A DNA stretch of 63,724 bases, the filler included, from Choristocarpus tenellus KU-1152 (taxonomy: Eukaryota; Protista; Phaeophyceae), in assembly GCA_964200185.2 (NCBI GenBank). It is 7 parts of 7 records of this genome, joined end to end, with 100 filler letters (N's around TTAATTAATTAA, not from the genome) between each part and the next. Parts side by side here need not be neighbours in the genome. Positions count along the whole stretch, not along the records: positions 41,337 to 47,431 come from CAXNAD020008952.1; positions 47,532 to 51,655 come from CAXNAD020016098.1; positions 51,756 to 59,640 come from CAXNAD020005444.1; 4 more parts are not named here. The stretch is one strand, 5' to 3'. The translations under genes and the position numbers were made by a program. The notes under the pieces are model-generated. The model was given only the letters and a program-made list of their open reading frames with translations, did not search any database and was not told the origin of the DNA. Shown one piece after another: positions 41,414 through 54,289 of this stretch. The first letter of the stretch is position 1, and each line of letters opens with the position of its first letter.

Positions 41414-43290
41414 ATGTGTTGCAGGAGGTAGAGTGAGGCAAGAGTGAGCAGTAAGTATGTTGAACTGAGCAAGGACAAGGTATATATAGGGGCAAGTATG
41501 TGTTGATGGGATTCAAATAACAAGTGACAAGGTACTTGGTATATTAATGGTTCTGCAGTTATGGTGGTGTCACTACTATTGGTTCAAAGTGGTGCTAGAA
41601 AACAGCACACTACCCTATAGTGCCATCAAATAGTCATGCCTAACTTCTAATTGCTTTGCAAATTGAGTGCGACTCAGGGTCTTTTTATGTTCCTTGATTT
41701 GTTGTGGGCAAGAGGTCAGTACAAAGTTCAATGTTACACGCACTAAGAAAATCAGGATCTGTTGGTGCTACTCCAGGTTACATTCAGTGTAATTGTACTC
41801 AAGATGTGGGGTTTTGTATCGTCAGGATATCTGAAAAAATGGGGTATAGAAAGGAAAGAAAGGGATACCCATATTTTGTTTACCGTAAGAGAAACATGAA
41901 GCATAAGACGAGCAGAGTAGAGAAGTATGATATTAATCTCTCTGTAGCAAGATTAGTATTGAAATAGTATGGTAAGAAACAAGCCCTTCACCCTAATCCA
42001 GGAACTAAATGAGGTTTAGAAAGATGACCAAACTGCTTTTCCAAGAAAAAAACACGATTGTCCTTTCCAAAATTGAGAACTAAAATGTGTGTGATATAGG
42101 TAGATGCCTCCAGCTCTTCAACAAGTTTGGTGACGGGAGGAGAGCAAAGAGCAAGTTATGATATGTTCCGTAACAACGAATGGATAAAGTTTTGAATTCT
42201 TCTGGAATCCTGCAACTGGAGTATAGTTCGCACCTTGGTTAAACTTCTTCCCTGACGAGCAGAAAATGCTCTTCGCCATGAATCATGGACAAGGTCACTT
42301 TGCATCGATTAGTTTATGGTTGATGATAATTGCCACCAAGTATTGTCAAGAAAGACTGTTATTAAGCTGTTGGGCAGGCTATTACTACTGCAGAACATCT
42401 GGCTAATTTCTGTCCCTGTGATGTAATGGGAGGTTAGGGTTAGGGAGGTGGTATGAGTTTAAGAGGGAGAGACAACGGCTCGAGTGAGTCTTGCTAGGAC
42501 ACAAGGTTGGGTAAAGATATGGTTATTTGAGATATTCGTATTACGTGTGGGATGAGTGGAACAGGTGTAGTAGGATCAGAAGTCATGATTGGGGGGGGGG
42601 GTGCTTTTCTCATGTCGTTTGTACAGTAGTACATTATGTTGACCTTCCTTCTCACAAGGCTGATCTGTGTGCCATTTCTTGTTTGAATTGAAACGGATGT
42701 TTGCCTTTGCACTAATCTATCGACTCTTCAAGCCTTTCTTCCAGCACTACCAGAGTCATCATCATTTTCATTTCGTCTTGGGTGGGAGTTCGGTTTTCAT
42801 GTTTTCCTTCCCTGTCCTTTGTCGCCAATAACGGACATGTGTCGTGAACTACTTTCACTCCCTCTCTTCCCCTAGACGATCTGAGCAGTGAGTTACCACG
42901 TACTATTGTTATTTTTTGCTTACAACCGCACTATAAATTGTTGCAGCCTTAACAAGAATATTGATAGGCCATCAACTCCTTGAGATGGTTCTCTCTTCGT
43001 TGGCGGTTGCTACTGTCAAGGATGCTAGAATTAACTAATGTTGCGTGTCCTTAGTCAGAATTTTCTCTCTTATGGTCGCGAGTTTGCCTGATTGATTCAT
43101 ATCCTGCTCAAGAAAACACCCTGAAGCTATATTTTTAAAACCCTGGTTTGCGAGTGATTGTAATTGCAGTATATGGTTTTTAACCTTTAAGCAAATATGT
43201 TTAACTCTGCCGGTTCAGTACAAAGCCATGGATATTCGTTACAAAGGACTCGTGGTATTAATTATCTGTCTATATTATCCTTCAAATCAT

Positions 43291-43505
43291 GACCGAAAGT
43301 ATCCTAGAGGGCAGAGCCACGTCCTTTCGGGGACCAGAATCCAATGTTGTGATGTAATTTTGACTATTGTGTTTGTTAGGAAGTTCAATATCCTTGTTCC
43401 GCACACACCTTTTCATAACGTACGTATTTCGTAAAGAAACCCATGGGAAGCCAAACCCAATGAACAAAGAGGTCAAAACTCATGCCCTCTAAGGTACTTT
43501 CACTC
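43291..43505 (-). mobile_element. MITE family A copy with internal deletion
   Basis: gaccgaaagtatcctagagggca ... tgccctctaaggtactttcactc. Confidence 0.8.
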
Positions 43506-44994
43506 TCATGGTATATTTATGCTGTGCTAGGCGTGCATATTAACATCGAAGTTTGCAACTCCAAAAGTGAGATCCAATGCTGTTGGTACACCATGATCAC
43601 ACAACCTAAAACAAAATGGGGGCACTTGAACCAACACGCAACATGACTTGAACTCACTATCAAGTTGTGTCAACATACATACGGATGTGTCCAAAGCAAC
43701 AAAGACACAGGTGCATGGGCCCCAAAAAAGTGTAGCAATTGGGACCTTTGGCGATAGGTGGTGCGAGGGAGGATTGAGGGGGGTCTAATCACGCATAGGT
43801 TTGCTTGTGGTGTACCGTTTATTTTTGAGCGGGGTCGTGGGACAAAAAAAATGTTGAGGATGCTTTTCCCACATGATTTTCGTGTGTTCAAACCCCATTG
43901 ATGCCAGACTTCTTCTCGTGGAAATCCTGTTTCGATTATCCAAGTCGACTGACTACTATGCTACAAGAACACCAGACCAAGGACAAGCTGGCAAGGTCCC
44001 AAATATTCCTCTGCATCACCAGGGCGCTCTTCTCGTGTCTTCGAGATTGAAGTGGTGCATTTCAAGTTCTCGTATCCATACGATTAGGAATTTCAACCTA
44101 AGACTACTATACATGTTTCTTGGGATTTCACCAATGATGGCATTAGTTTGGGGAAATTGCGACTCATGCTCAACCAAAACATCCATCCAGCAGGGGCGGA
44201 TCACCTTGTTACGAGACTGCATCTCTCCAAAGCACAACACACTGTTCACTCTTCTAGTGCCTGAAAGATTCTTGCTCAAAGGTGCGTGCTCGACGTACGC
44301 ATGTCATCTGCTCATCACAACCATAGTTGAAGTTGTGAAGAGAAAGTACGAGAGGGCTTTGCAGGGGGAGAAACGCACTAGTGAGATATCAACAATACTG
44401 TAGATCACTCTGCAGGTACCTGTGACGCCCTAGCAGTCTACAGCATTCCTCAGCCCTCTGCAGAAAGAATAGAACAGAAAATTCACATTGCAAGGTTAAG
44501 GAGGTTGCTCTAGACTAGACCGACTGGTGCCATTCCATTTGCATCACACACAATGACTCGATGCGTATTGATCTACACGGTCATTTCATATGCTCTACAG
44601 GTTGAACCAACTCAAGTGTCAATGATAGATCCAAACGATGACACTCCCAGAGCACATGTAGCAATCATTGAAGTATTCGCAAAGGTACTCGGGAGTAGTA
44701 GTCATCCCTACCACATCGAGCCTTCTTTGCTACCCACAGGGAGGGAATAAGCCCTATATGTAACTTAACTTTTACCACCCCGATGAAGAGGTATGTTTTT
44801 TTTCAGTTGTTTATATTTATGTGTGTATTGTGCAGACACCAAGAGATTGCCCACCAAATCTCGAGCAAAATGGGGCAGTATACACCTATCTTTGATTCCA
44901 CCCCCAAAGCCCTCCAAAACACCATTCCAGCATGATATTTCACCTCATCCACCGGGGCATTCGGGGGGAGCTTGCCCGCCTTCTCGGCCATTTC

Positions 44995-46103
44995 CTTGCT
45001 AAGATGGAGAATTTTGAAGATGTTGTCACCCTTGGACCCCAGCGATTCATCGTAAACTGCGAACAGACTTTGTCGGACCCGCTCTAGTGTCTCCTAGGGG
45101 TACACATCAAACGCCTCCATTGTGGCTCCCACTAGTTCCTCTGTGTTGGTCACCTCCACGTCTTCCTTCAGTTGCTGGATGGAATTAAAGAATCCCACGT
45201 AGCTGACATTGAGGTCAGGTGGGTTGGCTGATTGGGTTTCAATTATGATCTTGTCCCCTGCTGCCTCCTCGATTCTCTCTGTGATACCCCCTTTGGTGTG
45301 TGGCTTTGCCCTATCCTGCTCCACGAAGATGGTCTGTCCGACTGGCCTAGGCCTTGATTGCCGGATAACATCCTCCATCATGAGCTTGTTATACCTCTCC
45401 CCATCCACCATGGCTGGCACAAGCACCTTGGTGCCCTTGGGGCAGTGCTTGCTGGAGCGATCCGCGACCTTAGTGTCCACGATTGACCAGATCGTGATTT
45501 TCCCATTGAACCACGCCCCGTTGGAGAGCTTCCTAGGGCGGTCCCAGCTGCAAGGAACATCGCCTTCATAATGTAACGCTTATTCTGTGCCCATCGGGGT
45601 TTGTGGGGGTCCTAAGTGGGGTGTAGGTACATACCTTGCCCATCTTTGAGGATGTAAAACCACTTCTCATCCACATCCACCCAGTCATATAGACCATCCA
45701 ACAACACCCCACTTCCGCCCTCCTGTGCATATGAATGATGAAAAAATACACCCTGTTGACTATCAGCTGGTCTGGGAGGACTGGCTTAATCCACCGCATG
45801 ACCTTCTTCACCTTCTTGCTCTTGTACACACATACCACAACGAGGCAATGGAGACCCCAGCTTGCTTGACCACTTGCAGAAGGATGTACGGTATACCATT
45901 GGGACATTCCAAACATCGAGGATACTTGTACAGCAGTCATATCACCGCACAAGGTCCATGCATTCACCCCGTGAAATCTGGCTGTCATACTATTTCAGAT
46001 GATAAAATACGGTGATTCAGGAAATTCCGAAATCCTCCATGATGGCCGCTGCCGTCTCCTGCCTGGGCCATCTGAGTCTTGCGCCCTCTCACCTCCAGGC
46101 ATC
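44995..46103 (-). pseudogene. Tc1/mariner transposase (plant/stramenopile DD39D-type), disrupted
   Basis: DWVDVDEKWFY, KAMFLAA, WFNGKITIW, IFVEQDRAKPH, QSANPPDLNV..GFFNSIQ, with frameshifts and stops. Confidence 0.88.
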
Positions 46104-47139
46104 ACACCACCAGAGGTTTAACTAGTGTGTCTCTTGAGTCCTAGCTGGGCTGGCTAGTCATGCGTCATTGTGCTTGCTGGTCTGTACGTTGATGGTGACG
46201 CACTGGCTGATTGTTTGTCCGTCACTTCTGTATAGTGTTTTTACTTCAAAGTATGCTTAATGTGTTATTTTATGCTTCGTGGTGTGAAGTAATTCGCATG
46301 TGCGAAAATATCGATCTGTTCATGTGTTGTCATATTTGCTGGTGTGGATGGCAACGATGGGTGTGGTTGGTTGTTTGTCCTGTCCCATCTGTGGTGTTTC
46401 ACTTTTGAAATATTCTGATGTAGTATTTTATGTTTCATGTGAAGTGATGCGTGTGTGAGAAAATATAGTACCTGCCTAGGGATATATGACGCCACCACAC
46501 TGTTCTTCATCAGGCCTTTTGAGTCCTGACCCTGGGCGAAGAATTACGACCAATGGGCGACAACAGGATGAGCAAGCTGTTCGAACAACGGGGGGGGCTT
46601 TGTCCTAGGCATCCCAATAAATACTTTCTTCGACAGTTTCACGAGGTTTTCATCCCCGACAAATGCGACTTGCGACTTTGCACTGGTGATTCTCCACAGT
46701 CATGACAGCCCACTATCCCAAACTTTGCACGCCTCCCAGTGTATATGAGAACTAACCTCATCCACAGGGTTTATCTTGTGGGTCGTTCCCAGGCGAGAAC
46801 AGAACTTGCAAAAGTAATGTTGCGCTTAATTCCGAACGGAGGAACTATGTAATACTCTAAACGCAGAACATAGCATGTGCTTTCCGGAGTACGTAATACA
46901 CACTACAAACAATTGCATACATAGTACTACCTTCATGCCATAAGTCTGTGCCGCGTTGTCCATTACTTTTGAAGATATTGATGAAATTCTTTTCTGAAAG
47001 AAAATTTGGAATCCTTGACTAAATTTTGGTTAGGGTCAGCACTTTTTTAGTTTATTACTCCCCATTCATCACAATTTTATCAGCCACAGAAAAGGCCCCC
47101 ATGTCTACCTTTGGCGTGTTTTCAAGCTCACCAGACAAC

Positions 47140-47431
47140 TTCCTCTTCATTAACCCTGTGTGCTCCAGACTGAAGTCCTTCCCCCCTTTGTATCTAAGTA
47201 CTTGATTGTACACCACAAAAAGGAGCTGCCAAGCCCTCTCAAGTGCGGTTTCATCGTACTCCTCATACTGTTTTCTTAATGCCTTTCACCATCTACTTGA
47301 CGGACCCAAACCACTCCCCCATACCCTGCATTTCAAAGACCTCAAGAAGCACAGGTCCATGATATTGAGGTCGGGGGAGTTAGATGGTTGCGTCACAAGC
47401 CTAATCGACCACCCCTCAGTCTTCCCTGCCC
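47140..47431 (-). pseudogene. Second mariner DD39D-type transposase, C-terminal fragment
   Basis: GWSIRLVTQPSNSPDLNIMDLCFLRSLK then YDETALERAWQLLFVVYNQVL after a frameshift; truncated by the linker. Confidence 0.8.
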
Positions 47432-47531
47432 NNNNNNNNNNNNNNNNNNNNNNNNNNNNNNNNNNNNNNNNNNNNTTAATTAATTAANNNNNNNNNNNNN
47501 NNNNNNNNNNNNNNNNNNNNNNNNNNNNNNN
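47432..47531. other. Artificial contig linker
   Basis: N44-TTAATTAATTAA-N44. Confidence 0.97.
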
Positions 47532-47595
47532 GGGCGTTCGAGCCGAAACGGACGCCCCCTCACTAACCACTACCCCCCCCCAGATACTTTGACCC
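47532..47595. mobile_element. Terminus of family D element at contig start
   Basis: ccccccccagatactttgaccc preceded by the hairpin gggcgttcg-agccgaaa-cggacgccc. Confidence 0.6.
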
Positions 47596-48239
47596 AGTCA
47601 CCGTTCTTTTTTTATATATTTTGGAATAAAATGCCTTTAGGACCTACGCTTGGCGATTGAGTGGGTGTAGACTATGTTATTGTGGCTCAGGGAACTTGGC
47701 GTTGGGTTCAAAGTTTGGAGTTGGGATGGTTGCCGCCGTTTGGATTGGGTGTGGAAGAGGGGTCATCTGTTGTGAAAATCTCGACTTGTGCTGTAGATGG
47801 TGGTACGGAGTACGATATGCTTCTGCATCAACTTAGTTTTAGCAAGGTTTCTGTCAATTGTTCTGTGGTCCGATCAACGCAAAGAGGGGAGGAAAAAGGA
47901 TTGTGGTATGTCAGTAAGAGTGTTAGAGGATAGTGGCAGATAGCACTAATCGAGGCGAATTCCAGGTTGCCATCGGACCAATGAAAGCATGCGTATGAGG
48001 ACACATAGACACAAACTCATCAGGAAGATATTAAGGATTAATATACCAAATGTGTAAGTCCGTTGATGTAGAGATCGTCCGACCTCTCCAGTACAGCATG
48101 TCTGTCGAGGCATGTGTCTGATTGGCGATGTAAAGAGTGACTCAAGAACAGGAATTGGCCTAGATTGCTCCTCAAAGTCGTGTCTCTCGTCAGTATGGGG
48201 GCAGAGTGGGACTTGTCCAGAACCAGGCACGTGCAAGAG

Positions 48240-50990
48240 CGTCTTGGTCTATACTGTATCATTCGACAAGAAGCTGGATATTTCGCAATTCGCCATTTTC
48301 CCATTTAACCTCGTAGGGGTAGCTGACTAGCTCATCTCCAACTTTCACCGTGTAGTGGGGCTGGTACTTGGTCATGGTCCCTTTCATCCACTGATCGTCC
48401 CATCTAAAGTATAGTCCTCTGTCCTTGGCACCTGCATTGGGTGTTTCTCTCCTACCTAAATCCGACACAACCCTCGTGTCGGTTCAAGGAGTACATATTT
48501 CTCCGTATCCTTCTCCATGCCAATACGCTTCCGCTGACAGTCAACCATTGACCGACGGTGTTGTCTGATACGCTAGGCTGCAGCCTCCGCACTGTCCCTC
48601 TCGTTCTTCTCCTGAAGTTGGTCGACACCCTCCTCTATCTCGTCCTCTGTCATGTACGATCTCCGGTGAGGATGCAAGGATTTTTCGCCATCATCTGGAA
48701 GGTAGGACACTGAGTGAATGTACGCCCCTGAACCGTCCATGTGAACATCGCTGACCTTCCCCTGTACAATAGACCCCCCATGCGCGCATAGGATGAAGCT
48801 GGTTCCTCGACCGAACCTGGTGTCGGATGTGTTCTCAAGTTGGAGTTGGAGTCAAAGTATTTTAGAGTGTAAAGCCGTGTCCATTTGGGGACCAATATCC
48901 AATGTTGCAATTTTTATATAATTTTGGCTATCGTGTTTGTTAGGAGATTTCATTATCCTTGTTCCGGACACACCTTTTCATAACGTATACATTTTACCTA
49001 GTCCAAAATGTTTTGGAGTAGGTTAAATGTCATTAAAAACCTGTTAGAAGTCAAGCCCCAAATGGACAATCAAGGTAAAACTCGTACCCTCTAAGATACT
49101 TTCACTCTCGCCTTGAGAAGGAGGCAGGTATCGCACCGAGGGATTGCCGGTTGGATTCTGTGTCGAACCTCTGGTAATGATCAGGCAGGATCGTGAATGT
49201 GTTGTCCAGGTGGTTGTAGTGGATGTCTGTGAAATCTGGGATGATGATAGCCTGAAGGGGCACGATGTGGGGACCTGGTTGTGCCTCTTGTATCAACACA
49301 AAGATGTTCATTGAAGGGGCTGTGTTGGTGTGTTGGACTATTGGCATGTGTTTGCGCATGATGGCCTTGTTTGGTCGTATAGGGGTCTTGTTCGTTTTGG
49401 TTTTGAGGAATGGAGAGTATTATGTAGGATAGAGGATACACTTAGACAGCGAAATGAAGGAATGGGATACGCGTATTGGCCCTACGGAACTTGTGAAATA
49501 CTCTGCGAAAGTCGACGTTCGCGGTTGTAGAGTAGGAGAAAAAAATGACACTGGTTTGGATATCAGGGTTGGATGTTGTTATGGGGGGATTTCATTTGGG
49601 TATGAGGGGATATCAGGGGATATGTAAAATATTTATATGGACAGCGTGGAATCATTCGTGTGGAGCATTGTTCTCTTAGTAACAATAAGAAGCCTTACTC
49701 ACCTTGTCCGTACGTGACATGCGAATAGTTGGCACTCTATCAACAAAGCTAGCACTCAGCACCTCGAAGTCTTCAGTGACAAAGACGACCTCATCTCCAG
49801 CATTGAACATCCCTCCGTAGCTGCAGTGGTGCCTGGCATTCCATTGAATCGTGTCCTTGCAGTGGACAGCGAATGGCAAGAACTCTATACCATTGTAATC
49901 TGATGGCTGTGTCCGCACAATGCATATGTTCCCCTCAGCGAGCTGTCTCTTCTTCCTCGACAGCTGGCTTCTCAGATACATATCGTCCGTTCCTGTTTAG
50001 TTGCGCACAACGATATAAAGGATCATCCAAGCATCTGTTAATGATTAAATTGCTCTTGGAGATACAGGGGACGTGTTCGCCCAGGGGTGAAGTTGTGTGT
50101 GTCAAACTGTTGATGGTTCATGAGAATGAACTTCCATATCTCTGGGTGGTGCCTCGTGGAGAGCACGGAAGGGTGTGAGTGTTGGATACAGGAGGCGATC
50201 CTCCAACGTCATTGGCAGGCGCTGCGGAGGGGCTCGTCTGTCACCGCATGTCTCGTATGAATTCCGTACGTTTCTTCACTGATGACCTTAGTGTTTCAAT
50301 CTTGATATCGAATTTTCTTGCTGTGACGGACAGAAGAGGTTGAAACCTAGATGACACCCCGTCATCCAGTATTTCAACATCAGGAGCCATGCCGACGAGG
50401 ATGGAGCTGAATACCTGGTGTGTGTGCTCAGTGCTAAGATCTTTCTTTAGACACTCTAGGAATGTCTTGACCTGGAGATCGGGTGTGGACTCGCGTTTTT
50501 CCCGAGCCAGCACAACTCGCAGCCCTCCCGTCAATGGTGCAAGCCTGCTTTTCTCATCCAATAACCAAGAGGCAAGTTCGTTCCAAGTGCGGCTGCTTCC
50601 TTCCATCTCATCTAGACCATCGTGGTTGACAAACATGGAGAAGAAGGGGTCCATGATCTGGTTCGTTTTGGATTTCTTCCATGAACGAGCGGCACTGGTC
50701 ATGGGCAGTCTCTTGAGTCCCTGTTTCCTGAGAGGGATTTAAATGAGGTTACGATATGAGTTGGTGGGTTCGTTTCCTTTTTGACACTCGATTTCGATGT
50801 TGATGGTGCGAACATCGGTAACGCTGCTACTATGTTCGGACGAGGGGGCGTGCAAAATATTGGGTTATGAAGTGTTCGTGTTGAGTTACACACAGCATTC
50901 AACACGTTGACAAGGGTGAGTTGGAGACATCGAGAACCGAAACTGCCCCAGTTAGAATGTCCTGAAAAGGTGTGGCTCACGTATGCGGGC
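48240..50990 (-). pseudogene. Decayed large transposase-like gene (tentatively EnSpm/CACTA-like) with Tudor-like C-terminal segments
   Basis: Protein-like reading over about 2.7 kb with stops and frameshifts: 153-aa segment (50702-50241); QFNH*QMLG*SFISLC...RTICI*EASC; VVFVTEDFEVLSASFV; GKVSDVHMDGSGAYIHSVSY..MTEDEI; YFRWDDQWMKGT..YEVKWENG. Frame is continuous across the MITE at 48849-49107. Confidence 0.45.
48849..49107 (-). mobile_element. MITE family A copy inserted in the pseudogene
   Basis: gagtcaaagtattttagagtgta ... taccctctaagatactttcactc; flanks TTG/TCG. Confidence 0.88.
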
Positions 50991-51492
50991 ACTCGCGAGC
51001 GACATCAAAAAGGTTATGAATACATCCCATGAAGCACGTAGTGAATTGAGGTAGCCTGTCGTACGGTAGAGTGTGTGCCTTGATCTGAATTTTTGGAAAC
51101 AATTGACAAATGCTTGGTGTGTGTCACCCCCCAAAATATTGGTGTATGCATGTACTACAATTTTGACGTGTTCCGTTGTGCGGTAAACTATTGTGTAAGA
51201 TGGATTTTTCGGTGGAAGGGATGCCCAACGTTTCATGTTGTGTAGGTCTATACATATCCTCAGATGCACATACCATTATTGGGGCCTCCTTCTCTACGGG
51301 GGATATGAGATTGTGCTTGGGTTGTTGGAAAATCAAGGATGATGGATTGAAGGAGTGTGCCTTCAAATAAGTTGTTATGTGGACTGCTGCAACTTTTGGC
51401 ATAGTTTGTGGTATGGTAAAGTATGGAAAAATGACATGAGGCAAGTGGATGAAGGAAGAGCGAAACATATGTTGGCATATTTTCGGGATTGT

Positions 51493-51610
51493 AAGGGTTA
51501 GGGATGGTGTTGGGGTTAAGGCACAGGATTAGGGTTGGGACAGGTGTTAGGGTTGGGATTGGAAACAGAAACAGAAAGGAACATCGTTTATTTCCGATAC
51601 GGATCGGAAA
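51493..51610. repeat. Degenerate TTAGGG-like tract followed by a perfect 8-bp hairpin
   Basis: agggttaggg..ggggttaagg..ttagggttggg..ttagggttggg, then tttccgat-acgg-atcggaaa at 51591-51610. Confidence 0.6.
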
Positions 51611-51655
51611 CAACATATCGGAGGACACGAACTTCGTCGTTAGGTTTTGTCCTGC

Positions 51656-51755
51656 NNNNNNNNNNNNNNNNNNNNNNNNNNNNNNNNNNNNNNNNNNNNT
51701 TAATTAATTAANNNNNNNNNNNNNNNNNNNNNNNNNNNNNNNNNNNNNNNNNNNN
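51656..51755. other. Artificial contig linker
   Basis: N44-TTAATTAATTAA-N44. Confidence 0.97.
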
Positions 51756-51829
51756 ATTACATTAAAATCGCAACATTGGATTTTGGTCCCCAAATGGACG
51801 CGGCCCTACCCTCTAAGATACTTTGGCTC
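51756..51829 (+). mobile_element. MITE family A, right end only
   Basis: ...cattggattttggtccccaaatggacgcggccctaccctctaagatactttggctc. Confidence 0.8.
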
Positions 51830-52486
51830 TGGGGAGGTATCTTAGCATTGACTGCAACTGAACTGTTGGTAGCAGTATTTGCAACGTAGGTCGTGGTTTT
51901 TCCCTCACACATCTGCAAATGTCAGGGGGCATAGATACATACAATATAGTGGGTGGTGTCCCATATACTGCTTCTGCCACTTCAGAGTATTTAGAAATAT
52001 AATATATTTTACCTTGGAAAGCATATCAGAGACCTATTACAAGTAACACCTACTATCAGTATGTAGTGGTATAACTTAGGGGTGCCGCCCATGCATTAGG
52101 TCACTTTGTCACACTCATTCAGCCGACAGCTAATGTGTTGTATGACTGTTGATTTGACTCCCACAGTATCTTTGAGACGGTGTTGAGGGCATGTTGTCCA
52201 CTCGGGGCTCGATGGGGTGTTAGAAGATACCCCAGTGTGATGACCGTCTTAAGGGTAATTTTTCTTCGGATTTGGTTCGGGCATGAGGATGGAAAAGGAA
52301 GGTGCGTTCAGACGAAGGAATTGCCCTTACATCTGACACGTTCATTCAGATGACATGAAAATCACTACAAGTTCACCAAGGTCCCGAATGGACGCCTGAC
52401 CCCCCTCCAGGATACTACGGGCCTGAGGTTATCGCGCGTGTTGAAGTTAATCTACAAATAGGTTTATCACCGTTGAAAACAACACT

Positions 52487-52708
52487 AAGTCGAACCAATG
52501 GAGAGGCACGGTTGTATTTTAAGGAGAATGGGCAAAAAGACCCCATCCTGTACAATTGCAGAAACAGCCTTTGCCTAATTGGGGTGTCACTTCGTGTATG
52601 GAAAGTGGGAATAAGCAGTGAAAAAAGAGTGTATTTGCACTGAGTAAGAAAAACTGCTTAGAAGTGCGAAAGGGTCCAACCCTGCCTACCTTTCAATTGG
52701 TTTGGCGC
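52487..52708 (-). mobile_element. MITE family C copy (TIR about GAGCCAAACCAATTGAGAGGTAGGCAGGGTTG)
   Basis: Inverted, diverged copy of 54031-54289; ends caaccctgcctacctttcaattggtttggcgc. Confidence 0.7.
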
Positions 52709-53048
52709 TCTGCCCTTTGACTCCGTGTAGTCCATTGTCTTCCCCCCATCATAAAGATTGATGACGAGCCGAAACAGTCAATAGCCCACGAAGTATTGCC
52801 ACTCCAATCCGATAAATGTGCATGGATCTGTTGTATAGTTTTTGTGGAAAAATACTATGATAACACATGAGGTTTTCAGCACAGTCACCAAAAACAATGT
52901 GTTCGCCTTGTTGTAGGAGAGTTACATGCAGATCTCGTTCTTGTCCACCCTCCTCAGCCTTCTGCTTCAACACGAGAAGAAGTGGTCGCACCACATCAAC
53001 ACAGGGTAGTGGAGAAAGTCTTCGGTCCTCTGGCATACTGTAGCGATT

Positions 53049-53259
53049 GCCTAAAGTGAACGAGAGATACCTTCCTGAAAATTATGTGCAAAATTCGGCG
53101 GTTTGTATAGATGCATATAAAATTTTTCTGAACTCTGTCGAAAATTATTTTAATCAACCCCTTCAACTCAATCTTAGCATTTCAATCGTAAAAGCTGACA
53201 AAAGCGTATTTTAAATGCAAAACGGCCAAAACTAGACTACCGCTCGTTTAATTTGACCC
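53049..53259 (-). mobile_element. MITE family B copy
   Basis: ctaaagtgaacgagagatacc ... aaatgcaaaacggccaaaa..taccgctcgtttaatttgaccc. Confidence 0.6.
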
Positions 53260-54030
53260 AATATCATTGCAGCAGAAAGAGAGAGGGAAATAATCTGATC
53301 AATGAAAAAAGTAGTGAAAGATGAAGTTTTGTGATGACAAAAAACCTTGCGTAACTATTTTATGATGGAAATACCTTTCAAAATACTACTCTTGGTTGCA
53401 AGAGTCGTGCCAAGCCTGAGGATTTAGGCCTATCACAGCAGGAGTGTATTCGAAGGCACCACTTGTCCCAATGCATTGCCTTCAGCCACTAGGATCCGTC
53501 TGCCCCACAAAACTTCCCTCTATGTGGTACTAGTTCTGACTAACACTGGTCACCACCATCTATACTATACCACAATAGTGGTGTATAGAAAGGTAAATAG
53601 GGAGAACAAATCTGTGGTATTGCTGCATCTTACACTACTTACACTGTTCAGGCGCACCAGAAATATATCAACTTCCATGAGAGTCCCAAGAGCAATCTTA
53701 GTATCTAGAAATAGAGTGAATACATTGGTCCTGTGGAAAGGTGCAAACCCTTTAGGTACCATAATCACTCATCTCTTCCGCGCCCACGCCTTGCTTTCTT
53801 CAGTTCACTGTGCCAATATGCAGTATTTTGCGATTCTTGCTCCAAGCGAAATGCACGTAGCACTACACCACACCAGGTATCATATTCTTGAAAAACTGTG
53901 GCATGTGATGCCTCTCCTTTTTCTAAAGTCGAGTGAGTTTGGTGTTGTTGAGGAATGGGTATATGGGTACACCTATGGTTGGGGACACTCAGCATGTGTT
54001 CCAAGTGGCCAGAGCCTCTGGGAACCATAC

Positions 54031-54289
54031 TAGCCAAACCAATTGAGAGGAAGGCAGGTTTGGACCCTTTTGCATTCCGAGTCATCTTTCTTACCCTGTG
54101 CAATACATTCTATTTCATTGCTCTATGTGCACAATAGTGTACACAAAATCAGAAGTCCGCCTTTCCACACACAAAGTGACACCACAATCCAGGAAAGTAT
54201 TTTCTGTAGTTGCACAGACTGACACCTATTTTCCCTTTCTTGGGATCCTTCGAATGCAACCCTGCCTACCTCTCAGTTGCTTTTAACTC
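54031..54289 (+). mobile_element. MITE family C copy, uninterrupted
   Basis: tagccaaaccaattgagaggaaggcaggtttg ... caaccctgcctacctctcagttgcttttaactc; serves as the empty-site reference for 61242-62312. Confidence 0.72.

Noticed and set aside
43873-44403. 176-aa plus-strand ORF, or a piggyBac-like remnant on the minus strand
   Set aside because: The ORF has no motif; the minus-strand hints (WRD, VDLDNRNR) are too weak to call.
44995-51655. Fanzor/TnpB-type RNA-guided nuclease associated with the transposons
   Set aside because: No RuvC motifs or terminal CxxC...CxxC/NAA pattern recognised in the frames examined.
53476-54033. 185-aa ORF
   Set aside because: No recognisable domain; lies among MITEs in repeat-rich sequence.
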